Of a DNA stretch of 64,000 nt, positions 19,019-25,533 are shown one piece after another; position 1 is the first letter of the stretch; each line of letters starts with the position of its first letter. This stretch comes from Candidatus Limnocylindrales bacterium (GTDB lineage Bacteria; Chloroflexota; Limnocylindria; Limnocylindrales; CSP1-4), in assembly GCA_036555445.1 (NCBI GenBank), contig DATBLH010000069.1, positions 1,339 through 65,338 of the forward strand, read 5' to 3'. A program made the translations under genes and the position numbers. The notes beneath the pieces are model-generated. The model saw nothing but the letters and a program-made list of their open reading frames with translations. It did not search any database and was not told where the DNA came from.

Positions 19019-19120
19019 GAGAAGGCCTCCAATGGCGACTGGGTCAACCTAGGAGACCGACCGGACATCGAGAACTCATCGATGGCGATGCATTCCTCGC
19101 ACACGACCGACGAGTGGCGG

Positions 19121-19552
19121 CTACTTCCTCGTCGGTGTGAGGCGGACCATCGGGATCACGCGACCGGTCTGCTCCGGGTACGTTGCGAAGTGAGGCAGGG
19201 CCGCAACGTGCTGGTCCCACAGCCGGTCCCGTTCCATCCCGTCGGCCACGATGGTCGCCGTGGCCGTGAATGGTCGATTCTCGGCCTCGACCGAGACCTC
19301 GGGGTGAGTCCGCAGGTTGTTCAGCCAGAGTGGGTCCTTGGGTGAGCCGGCGGCTGTGCCCGCGACCACGAAATCCTCACCGTCTCGCGAGAACGTGAGG
19401 ATCCTCCGTCGCGGCTGTCCGCTCCGTGCCCCGGTCGTTGTCATCACCAGCAGTGGGTGACCGGCCATCGGTCCCAACGTGACCTTGCCTCCATGTGCTC
19501 GCATGTCTTCGATCAGGGCGTTCTCGAACGCCTCGGGATCCCAGTCGCTCAT
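19121..19552 (-). CDS. deazaflavin (F420)-dependent nitroreductase family protein (DDN-like)
   Basis: 143 aa. GHPLLVMTTTGARSGQPRRRILTFSRDGEDFVVAGTAAGSPKDPLWLNNL is the DDN/PNPOx-like signature. Confidence 0.8.
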   Translation of the reverse strand: MSDWDPEAFENALIEDMRAHGGKVTLGPMAGHPLLVMTTTGARSGQPRRRILTFSRDGEDFVVAGTAAGSPKDPLWLNNLRTHPEVSVEAENRPFTATATIVADGMERDRLWDQHVAALPHFATYPEQTGRVIPMVRLTPTRK

Positions 19553-19575
19553 CTCGTCTCCACCGTTTGGCCATG

Positions 19576-19593
19576 TAGTTGCATGAGCAACTA
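19576..19593. promoter_or_regulatory. inverted repeat TAGTTGC-N4-GCAACTA upstream of the DDN-like gene (operator candidate)
   Basis: Perfect 7-bp arms in a locally AT-rich patch, 24-41 nt upstream of ATG 19552 and 50 nt downstream of the VOC stop at 19643. Confidence 0.4.
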
Positions 19594-19642
19594 TCGCACG
19601 AGACGGCGGAGTCTGCCCGACAACGCGCAGGCTAGTGCTGGG

Positions 19643-20062
19643 TCATCCCTCCGTCGCGGCTCGCAGGGTGGGGCTCTCCTGGATCGTCCAGCCGTTGCCG
19701 TCCGGATCGTTGAAGAAGATGAACGAGTTCCAGTCGCCGCCCTTGCCCTCGGCGAAGCCGGATCCATCGTGATGCTGGATCGAGCTCACCGGAACGCCGC
19801 GACCCGACAGTTCCGCGTGGGCGCTCTCGATGTCGGCGACCACGAGCTGGAGGCCCTTGAGCGTGCCCGGGACGGAGTCCACCAGGCCCTTGCCGATCGT
19901 GATCGAGCACGCCGACCCGGGTGGCGTCAGCTGCACGACCCGGAACTTCTCGGTCGGGCTGTCGTCGACGTCGACGTTGAAGCCCATCTGCTCGCTGTAG
20001 AACCGCTTCGCTCGGTCGACGTCCGAGACCGGAACGACGACCACCTCGAGCTTGTACTCCAC
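19643..20062 (-). CDS. VOC family protein (paralog group A)
   Basis: 139 aa. MEYKLEVVVVPVSDVDRAKRFYSEQMGF...FFNDPDGNGWTIQE. Third gene of the arsR-SRPBCC-VOC string. Confidence 0.8.
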   Translation of the reverse strand: MEYKLEVVVVPVSDVDRAKRFYSEQMGFNVDVDDSPTEKFRVVQLTPPGSACSITIGKGLVDSVPGTLKGLQLVVADIESAHAELSGRGVPVSSIQHHDGSGFAEGKGGDWNSFIFFNDPDGNGWTIQESPTLRAATEG

Positions 20063-20084
20063 GTCGTCTCCTCAGCCCGATCGC

Positions 20085-20603
20085 TCAGCCGACCGGGACC
20101 AGTCGGGCCAGCAGCTCATCGAGCCGTCGGTAGCCGTCCTGCATTCCCGACTCCATGCCGCCCTGGACCATCGCATCCCGGGCCTCGACGGACTGGAAGA
20201 CGGAATGGATCCGGATGGTCGTCCGCCCGTCGTGCTCCTCCATGGTGAGCTTGTCGAGCGACACGTGGCCGGGCGCCCCCTCGAACTCGAAGGTCTGGAC
20301 CATGCCGTCCGGCGTCTGCGGCCCGTGGAACACCCCGTGGAAGCCGAATTCGTTGCCCTGGTCGTCGCGATGGACGTAGCGCCAGCTTCCACCGTGGCGG
20401 ACGTCGTAGCGGTCGACGATCATCGTGTACTGCCGTGGACCCAGCCACTGGACGAGCAGCTCGGGGTCCGTGTGGGCGCGAAACAGGAGGTCGCGTGGCG
20501 CCTCGAACTCGCGCCTGACGTCGATGTATGGAACCCCCTCGGGCGCCGTGATCGTGGCATCCGCCATGACCGTGCTCCTTTCGATCCGAATGGTCGAAGT
20601 CAT
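20085..20603 (-). CDS. SRPBCC (AHSA1/START-like) domain protein
   Basis: Start at [10 protein letters not shown] (ATG 20603), which overlaps the arsR stop (ATGA). ...[24 protein letters not shown]... is typical of ArsR-linked SRPBCC partners. Confidence 0.8.
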   Translation of the reverse strand: MTSTIRIERSTVMADATITAPEGVPYIDVRREFEAPRDLLFRAHTDPELLVQWLGPRQYTMIVDRYDVRHGGSWRYVHRDDQGNEFGFHGVFHGPQTPDGMVQTFEFEGAPGHVSLDKLTMEEHDGRTTIRIHSVFQSVEARDAMVQGGMESGMQDGYRRLDELLARLVPVG

Positions 20604-20935
20604 CGCTCCGACGCGTCCTTGAGCGGCACGAGCAGGGCGTCGAGCCGCTCGTAGCTCTCGTTCCAGTACGCCTGGTAGCGCGACAGCCACACGGTGGCTT
20701 CCTTGAGTGGTCCTGCCTCGAGATGGCTGAGCCGCGCCGTCGCCCGCCTGGTCCGCGAGATCAGGCCAGCCTGCTCCAGGACCCTGAGGTGGCGCGAGAT
20801 CGCCGGCTGCGAAACCGGGAACGGAGCCGACAGCTCGCCCACGGTCAGATCTCCCTCCGTCAGGCGAGCGAGGATGGCGCGTCGGGTGGGATCGGCGAGG
20901 GCCCCGAAGACCGTGCTCAACTGGTCGATCGACAT
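20600..20935 (-). CDS. ArsR/SmtB family transcriptional regulator
   Basis: Start at [25 protein letters not shown] (ATG 20935). HTH ...[28 protein letters not shown]. Confidence 0.85.
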   Translation of the reverse strand: MSIDQLSTVFGALADPTRRAILARLTEGDLTVGELSAPFPVSQPAISRHLRVLEQAGLISRTRRATARLSHLEAGPLKEATVWLSRYQAYWNESYERLDALLVPLKDASER

Positions 20936-20937
20936 GG

Positions 20938-20967
20938 TAACCACATAGTTATGAAACAGTGTGGTTA
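20938..20967. promoter_or_regulatory. inverted repeat TAACCACA-N14-TGTGGTTA abutting the arsR start codon (autoregulatory operator candidate)
   Basis: Perfect 8-bp arms (20938-20945 and 20960-20967) in the only AT-rich patch of the region, 3 nt from the arsR ATG. No SD is visible. Confidence 0.5.
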
Positions 20968-21015
20968 TTAAAGACCCCTGGGCCACTGGATGTCAAGCCC
21001 GGCTACCGGGGGTCG

Positions 21016-23022
21016 TCAGGACCAGTTCACCGCGGCGACGATGATCGGGGCGTTCACGCCCTTGACGCTCACCTCACGGGACTCGGCGGTGGCGACATCG
21101 CCCGCGTCCGCGAGGGTCTCCCCGGAGACCAGGATCTCCCCTCCCCCAGCCAGGGCGGCGACGCGGGCGGCCACGTGGACCCCGACCCCGCTGAAGTCGT
21201 CTCCTCGCCGGGTCGCATCCGCGGAGTGGAGGCCGATCCGAACCGGTGGCGCAAAACCGGTGCGCGTCCGATGCTCTGCCAGCTCGCGCTGGATCCCGAT
21301 CGCACACGCGATTCCATCTCTCGCAGACTCGAACGCAACGAAGAATCCGTCGCCGGTCGAATTCACGACGCGACCCCGGTGACGGCCGAACAGGCCCCGG
21401 AGCGCATCGTCGTGCCATCCGAGCATTCGTTCCCAGGCCTCGTCACCGAGCGCCTCGGCGAGGTTCGTGGAGCCCACGATGTCCGTGAACAGGAACGTCA
21501 TCCGCACCTGGACCCGCGCCGAGCGCCGCTCCTGGACCGCCCGCTCCTCGCGCGCGACGGCCTCAAGGTCCGGGGCCGCCCCAAGGCGCTCGAATTCGTC
21601 GCGAGCGGCCCGCAACTCCAGGTCCGCGTCATCGTCGTTGCCGAGCTCCCGGAGTGCACGCGAGAGCGCCGCGCGGGCCCGCGCGATCTCGTACGGCGCG
21701 CCCACGTCCCGCCACAGAGCCTGGGCGGCCCGCAGCTCGCGCACCGCGCCGGCGGCATCGCCTTCGGCCAGGAGCACCAGCCCCTCGGCCTGGCGCCGAC
21801 CGGCTTCGAGGGCCGGCATCGGGTAGCCGCTCACGATCTGCGTCAACTCGTCGACGGCGGCCCGCGCCCGGGCCGGATTCCCGGCCGCGATCGCGATCTC
21901 GGCCTGCGCCGCGAGCAATCGAACGCGCGCCCACTGGTCCCAGCTGGCTTCGGCCAGGGCGGCATCGATGGCCGACGACGCGGCCTTGACATTGCCGGCA
22001 CCAAGGCGCAGCAGGGCCAGCGCGGGCTGCGGGCTGCGCCCCAGGGCATGCGCCTGGCGAAGGGCCTCCTCGGCGCCATCGACGTCGCCCTTGAGGCGTC
22101 GAATGTCTCCGAGCGCATACAGCCCGTCGGCCAGCGGCGGCGTGGCGTCGAAGCCCTCGAGGTCCGCAGCCGCCTGGCGGAGCTCGGTCTCGGCTCGATC
22201 CCAGCCTCCGCGCAGGGCGACGATCTCTGCTCGATGGATCCGGCAGACGCCCGGAAAGGCCGCGACCTCCTGTCGCTCGCACCACTTGTCCGTGGCCTCG
22301 AGCCACTCGCTGGCTCGTCGGTAGTCGGTGAGATTGCGGCAGGCGGCGATCATCGTGCAGGAGGTCATCCCGGCGATGATCGGCGACAGCTCGTCATTGA
22401 CAGCGGCGATCGCCGCCTCTTCCAGCAGCCTGAACCCCTCGCCGGTCTGGCCACTCGCGATCCGGAGCGTGGCCAGGGTGGAAAGGGCACGGGCGCGCAG
22501 GTCCGCGTCACCGGTGCGCTCCGCAATGGCGACCGCTTCCGTGGCGAGCTCGGTGGCCCGCGCGACGTCGCCGCCGTGGCGGGCGACCTCGCTCTGGACC
22601 ACGGTCAGGGCGCCGTGGGCATAGCTCTCTGGCTTGCCGGCGAGAAGCGGCTCGGCTCGTCGGGCCCACGCGGACGCCATGGACGTCTTGCCCTTGATCG
22701 CCAGGTTCGTCGCGAGATAGGTGGCCACGAACGCGGCGCGGACGTCGTCTCCGGTCGCCTGGTGCGCCTTGAACGCGCGCTCGAGCGCGCCGATCCGGGC
22801 GTCGCCGCGGCCGACGAAGAACGCGGCGTCGGCGAGGATCTCGAGGTCGCCGCCGCTCAATGGCGTCTCGGCGTCGGCGCGCGTCAGCAGGTCGAACGCC
22901 TCCTGCCACAGGTGGCGTGCATGCGCGTCGCGACCCGCCTGGGCCAGGTCCGAGGGCTGCTCCTCCACCGGCGCGACCAGCTCGCTCACGCCACGGATTG
23001 TGACACCCTGTGATCGGAACAT
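21016..23022 (-). CDS. class III adenylate/guanylate cyclase with long N-terminal TPR/helical-repeat region
   Basis: 668 aa. The C-terminal about 180 aa carry MTFLFTDIVGSTNLAE, STGDGFFVAF and RIGLHSADA...GVGVHVAARV. The N-terminal about 470 aa are Ala/Leu/Arg-rich helical repeats. GTG 22989 is an alternative start. Confidence 0.85.
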   Translation of the reverse strand: MFRSQGVTIRGVSELVAPVEEQPSDLAQAGRDAHARHLWQEAFDLLTRADAETPLSGGDLEILADAAFFVGRGDARIGALERAFKAHQATGDDVRAAFVATYLATNLAIKGKTSMASAWARRAEPLLAGKPESYAHGALTVVQSEVARHGGDVARATELATEAVAIAERTGDADLRARALSTLATLRIASGQTGEGFRLLEEAAIAAVNDELSPIIAGMTSCTMIAACRNLTDYRRASEWLEATDKWCERQEVAAFPGVCRIHRAEIVALRGGWDRAETELRQAAADLEGFDATPPLADGLYALGDIRRLKGDVDGAEEALRQAHALGRSPQPALALLRLGAGNVKAASSAIDAALAEASWDQWARVRLLAAQAEIAIAAGNPARARAAVDELTQIVSGYPMPALEAGRRQAEGLVLLAEGDAAGAVRELRAAQALWRDVGAPYEIARARAALSRALRELGNDDDADLELRAARDEFERLGAAPDLEAVAREERAVQERRSARVQVRMTFLFTDIVGSTNLAEALGDEAWERMLGWHDDALRGLFGRHRGRVVNSTGDGFFVAFESARDGIACAIGIQRELAEHRTRTGFAPPVRIGLHSADATRRGDDFSGVGVHVAARVAALAGGGEILVSGETLADAGDVATAESREVSVKGVNAPIIVAAVNWS

Positions 23023-23581
23023 GGATCGTCAACACCGGGCTCGACTTCGCCGTCTCCGCACGGACGAGCTGACCCCGCGTGAGGTGGATGCGCTTCGGGC
23101 CCTCCTCACCGATGCGTACGGCTCGGACGAGGACGATCGCTTCACCGACGACGACTGGGAGCATGCGCTTGGTGGCGAGCATTTCGTGGTCGATCTCGAT
23201 CGCGAGATCGTGGCCCACGCATCCGTCGTGCCGCGCGAGCTGCATGTCGGGGGGAGACCGCTGCGCACGGGGTATGTCGAGGCGGTCGCAACCGCTCCCG
23301 GCAGGCAAGGCTCCGGGCTTGGGACCCGAGTGTTGCGTGAGGCCGGGGCATCGATCAGGGCCGGCTTCGAGCTCGGTGCCCTCGGCACGGGAGCCCACCG
23401 GTTCTACGAGCGACTGGGCTGGCGCACCTGGCGCGGCCCGTCCTTCGTGCGCACGCCTGCCGGCGACCGGCCGACCCCCGATGACGACGGCTTCATCATG
23501 GTCCTGCGGACACCCGCATCGCCACCGCTCGACGAGACCGATCCGATCAGCTGCGAGTGGCGGCCGGGCGACGTCTGGTGA
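23021..23581 (+). CDS. aminoglycoside 2'-N-acetyltransferase-like GNAT (AAC(2')-I family)
   Basis: 186 aa. ...DWEHALGGEHFVV...GYVEAVATAPGRQGSGLG...RFYERLGW...TPDDDGFIMV...CEWRPGDVW is collinear, from memory, with mycobacterial AAC(2')-I enzymes. Confidence 0.8.
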   Translation: MDRQHRARLRRLRTDELTPREVDALRALLTDAYGSDEDDRFTDDDWEHALGGEHFVVDLDREIVAHASVVPRELHVGGRPLRTGYVEAVATAPGRQGSGLGTRVLREAGASIRAGFELGALGTGAHRFYERLGWRTWRGPSFVRTPAGDRPTPDDDGFIMVLRTPASPPLDETDPISCEWRPGDVW

Positions 23582-23590
23582 TCCGGATCA

Positions 23591-23620
23591 TTGACAGCAT
23601 GCTGTCGTTCTTGGTACACT
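23591..23620 (+). promoter_or_regulatory. sigma70-type promoter candidate for the VOC gene at 23658
   Basis: TTGACA (23591-23596), an 18-nt spacer, then TACACT (23615-23620). The gene has GAGGAGG (23645-23651) and GTG 23658. Confidence 0.5.
23593..23606. promoter_or_regulatory. operator candidate O1: perfect 14-bp palindrome GACAGCATGCTGTC overlapping the -35
   Basis: The sequence is its own reverse complement. A second copy with one central mismatch lies at 23627-23640. Confidence 0.5.
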
Positions 23621-23626
23621 CGTTCT

Positions 23627-23640
23627 GACAGCATCCTGTC
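23627..23640. promoter_or_regulatory. operator candidate O2: GACAGCATCCTGTC (TGACAG-N4-CTGTCA) between -10 and RBS
   Basis: 13/14 identical to O1. The arms TGACAG/CTGTCA are perfect (23626-23641). Confidence 0.5.
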
Positions 23641-23657
23641 ATCTGAGGAGGTCATCC

Positions 23658-24029
23658 GTGGACTGGAAGCTCGAGCTCATCGCCGTACCCGTGTCCGACG
23701 TCGATCGTGCCATCACGTTCTATCGAGACCAGGTGGGATTCGTGCTCGACCACGATCACCAGGTCAACGACGAGCTGCGGTTCGTTCAGTTCACGCCACC
23801 CGGGTCGGCCTGCTCGATCACCTTCGGGACCGGGATCACGGACACCCCGCCGGGCTCGGTCGCCGGGCTCCAGATCGTCGTCTCGGACGTCGAAGCGGCA
23901 CGCGAGCAGCTGGTCGGTCGCGGCGTGGAGGTCACGCGGGTCGACGACCAGCCGTGGGGGCGATTCGTCCACTTCGCCGATCCCGACGGGAACCGGTGGT
24001 CGCTCCAGCAGATTCCACAACGCGACTGA
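23658..24029 (+). CDS. VOC family protein (paralog group A)
   Basis: 123 aa. MDWKLELIAVPVSDVDRAITFYRDQVGF...FADPDGNRWSLQQ. Confidence 0.8.
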   Translation: MDWKLELIAVPVSDVDRAITFYRDQVGFVLDHDHQVNDELRFVQFTPPGSACSITFGTGITDTPPGSVAGLQIVVSDVEAAREQLVGRGVEVTRVDDQPWGRFVHFADPDGNRWSLQQIPQRD

Positions 24030-24234
24030 CCGGGCGGCCGCCCGGGTAGCCGGTGGCCTGGAGGTTCGCGAACTGAAACGAGAACTCTTCGCGCTGCGCG
24101 AGCTCGACTGCCGTCGGACCGACGTTGACGGGTGTGATCGGGGAACGCGCAGGGAAGATCCCGCACCCGGCGACGCCAGCGAGCATCACGGCCGTCGCGA
24201 GCACGATGCCGCGAACGCGGCTCGGACCTGGCAT
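23932..24234 (-). CDS. possible small secreted lipoprotein (hypothetical)
   Basis: N-terminus MPGPSRVRGIVLATAVMLAGVAGC|G has a lipobox. GC3 is high for about the first 65 codons, then drops where the ORF runs 98 nt into the convergent VOC gene. The RBS is weak. Confidence 0.35.
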   Translation of the reverse strand: MPGPSRVRGIVLATAVMLAGVAGCGIFPARSPITPVNVGPTAVELAQREEFSFQFANLQATGYPGGRPVSRVVESAGATTGSRRDRRSGRIAPTAGRRPA

Positions 24235-24574
24235 CCCTTGCTACTTCGCGGCCGTGACGTCCGTGCGCGCCGATCGGTTCCGACCGGGCGTGCGACGGCA
24301 GCAAGGAACCGGGGGTGGTCCGGAACCGGACCCTGGTCAGGTTTGCGGTTCGGACGGACGTCCATCGGGTCGTCTACGACGATGAGGCGATCTCGGGCGC
24401 CAGTCTCCGCGCGTCACTCCCGACCCAGTCGTCCGCTACAGCGAGCTGGCGCCATACGACGCCGCGGTCCTCGAGGTCTGCGTCGCCCAGCTCAGCCGCT
24501 CCGGCAGGCGACACCCAGCGAACCCGCTCTTGAAGGACCGTCTCGCCGTCGCTCGGCGCCGACCCTCGCGAACC

Positions 24575-24787
24575 TCACGACGGGTCACCGCTTTTCATCC
24601 GCGTGTAGTCCTCCGATTGCACGAGCAGGACCATGAGGGCCGCTGCCGACGCCACCGCGGACACGGCGGCAGCCAACACCGGAGGGGCACCTCGCGACGC
24701 CGCGATGCCGAGCGCGACGGCCTTGCCGAGCGTGGCCGGTGGGAGTACGGCGTCCGCCCTGAGGCGCTGGGGATGGAAGGCGCTCAT
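24575..24787 (-). CDS. hypothetical small membrane protein (70 aa)
   Basis: GC3 about 84%. One Ala-rich TM segment (VLAAAVSAVASAAALMVLLV). The ATG lies 2 nt after the stop of 24790..25167. Confidence 0.45.
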   Translation of the reverse strand: MSAFHPQRLRADAVLPPATLGKAVALGIAASRGAPPVLAAAVSAVASAAALMVLLVQSEDYTRMKSGDPS

Positions 24788-24789
24788 CG

Positions 24790-25167
24790 TCAGGCGTCGT
24801 CGGTGGGATCGGAGTCCTCGTCCGGGCGGTCGCCCTCGCCCTCCGAGGTCAGCATCTGCGGGTCCTGGTGTCCGGAGCCGACGATGAAGGCTGCCGCGGC
24901 CGCGGCGGCGGCGGCTCCTGCGGCGACCGGCGCACTTGCCGTCGCTGCCGCGGCCACCCCGATGGCCACCGCCGTGGCCAGCATGGCATTGGCGGTGGTC
25001 CCGTCGTCCTCCAGCTCGGGAAAGTGCGGCAGGCCCGGTGTGCCCGGGATCTGCGGACCGCCGGCGGCGTCGCTGGTCGAGTCCGGGATGGCGGTGGGGG
25101 ACGTGCCTTCAACGGGGATGGTGTCTCCGGTGGGGTTCACGCCGCCCGAAGAGTCTGTTTCTGACAT
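24790..25167 (-). CDS. hypothetical protein, acidic termini flanking an Ala-rich hydrophobic core (125 aa)
   Basis: GGGAGGAG (25178-25185) lies 10 nt upstream of ATG 25167. GC3 is high. I recognise no family. Confidence 0.5.
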   Translation of the reverse strand: MSETDSSGGVNPTGDTIPVEGTSPTAIPDSTSDAAGGPQIPGTPGLPHFPELEDDGTTANAMLATAVAIGVAAAATASAPVAAGAAAAAAAAAFIVGSGHQDPQMLTSEGEGDRPDEDSDPTDDA

Positions 25168-25533
25168 GGCTCCCTATCTCCTCCCGCTGGGCGACCTCGT
25201 CAACCGCCGGATATCGGCCAACTGGGCCGACCTTGACCGGCAGCCGTCGCAACCTTAGCACCGCGGTCGGAGGGCAAGTAACTGTGGAGTTGTCCTCGAA
25301 CCGGCGGCCGATCGCCGTGCCGTCGTGCGGCGTGTCGTGTCGCGAGGCCGGTTAGCCCGACCGCAGTCGAAAACTCGATTCCTGCCAGTTCGGGGGACCA
25401 CCGACCGCTTGGCAACGTATCCTCGCGGGCGTTCTCTTCGTGAGGCAGGCTCGCGCCATCAGCCGGGTCGCCGCACGGTCGACGTGACGCCGTCTCCATC
25501 GCTCCCTCCAGCCAGCGTGAACGTTGTGGCTGC

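Noticed and set aside
20959-23013. A 684-aa plus-strand ORF exactly antisense to the cyclase gene. Similar giant antisense ORFs lie at 58858-61365 (835 aa), 45824-47527 (567 aa), 37898-39484 (528 aa) and 40231-41799 (522 aa).
   Set aside because: Their translations are Arg/Gly/Pro/Asp-rich with no motifs. The opposite strand carries clearly recognisable conserved genes. In a genome this GC-rich, stop codons are rare in antisense frames, so these are shadow ORFs.
24030-24045. A 16-nt perfect palindrome CCGGGCGGCCGCCCGG one base after the VOC stop codon, considered as a possible bidirectional terminator.
   Set aside because: There is no U/A tract on either side, and it lies inside the possible convergent lipoprotein ORF. 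It may stabilise the 3' end, but it cannot be called a terminator from sequence alone.
24575-24577. The in-frame TGA of the 70-aa ORF might be a selenocysteine codon.
   Set aside because: No SECIS-like stem-loop lies at the expected distance downstream. Only a short TCGGCGCCGA palindrome is present. There is also no Cys/Sec-type redox motif around the codon.
25168-25533. A fluoride (crcB) or c-di-AMP (ydaO) riboswitch, suggested by strings such as GCGAUGGAG...GGCUGAUGGC and GGAUAC...CCCCCGAAC...GCUAACC.
   Set aside because: I could not form the required P1 pairing (GGnG with CnCC) or the pseudoknot of the fluoride motif. The order and spacing of ydaO elements is also wrong. I kept this only as an unclassified leader to be tested with cmscan.
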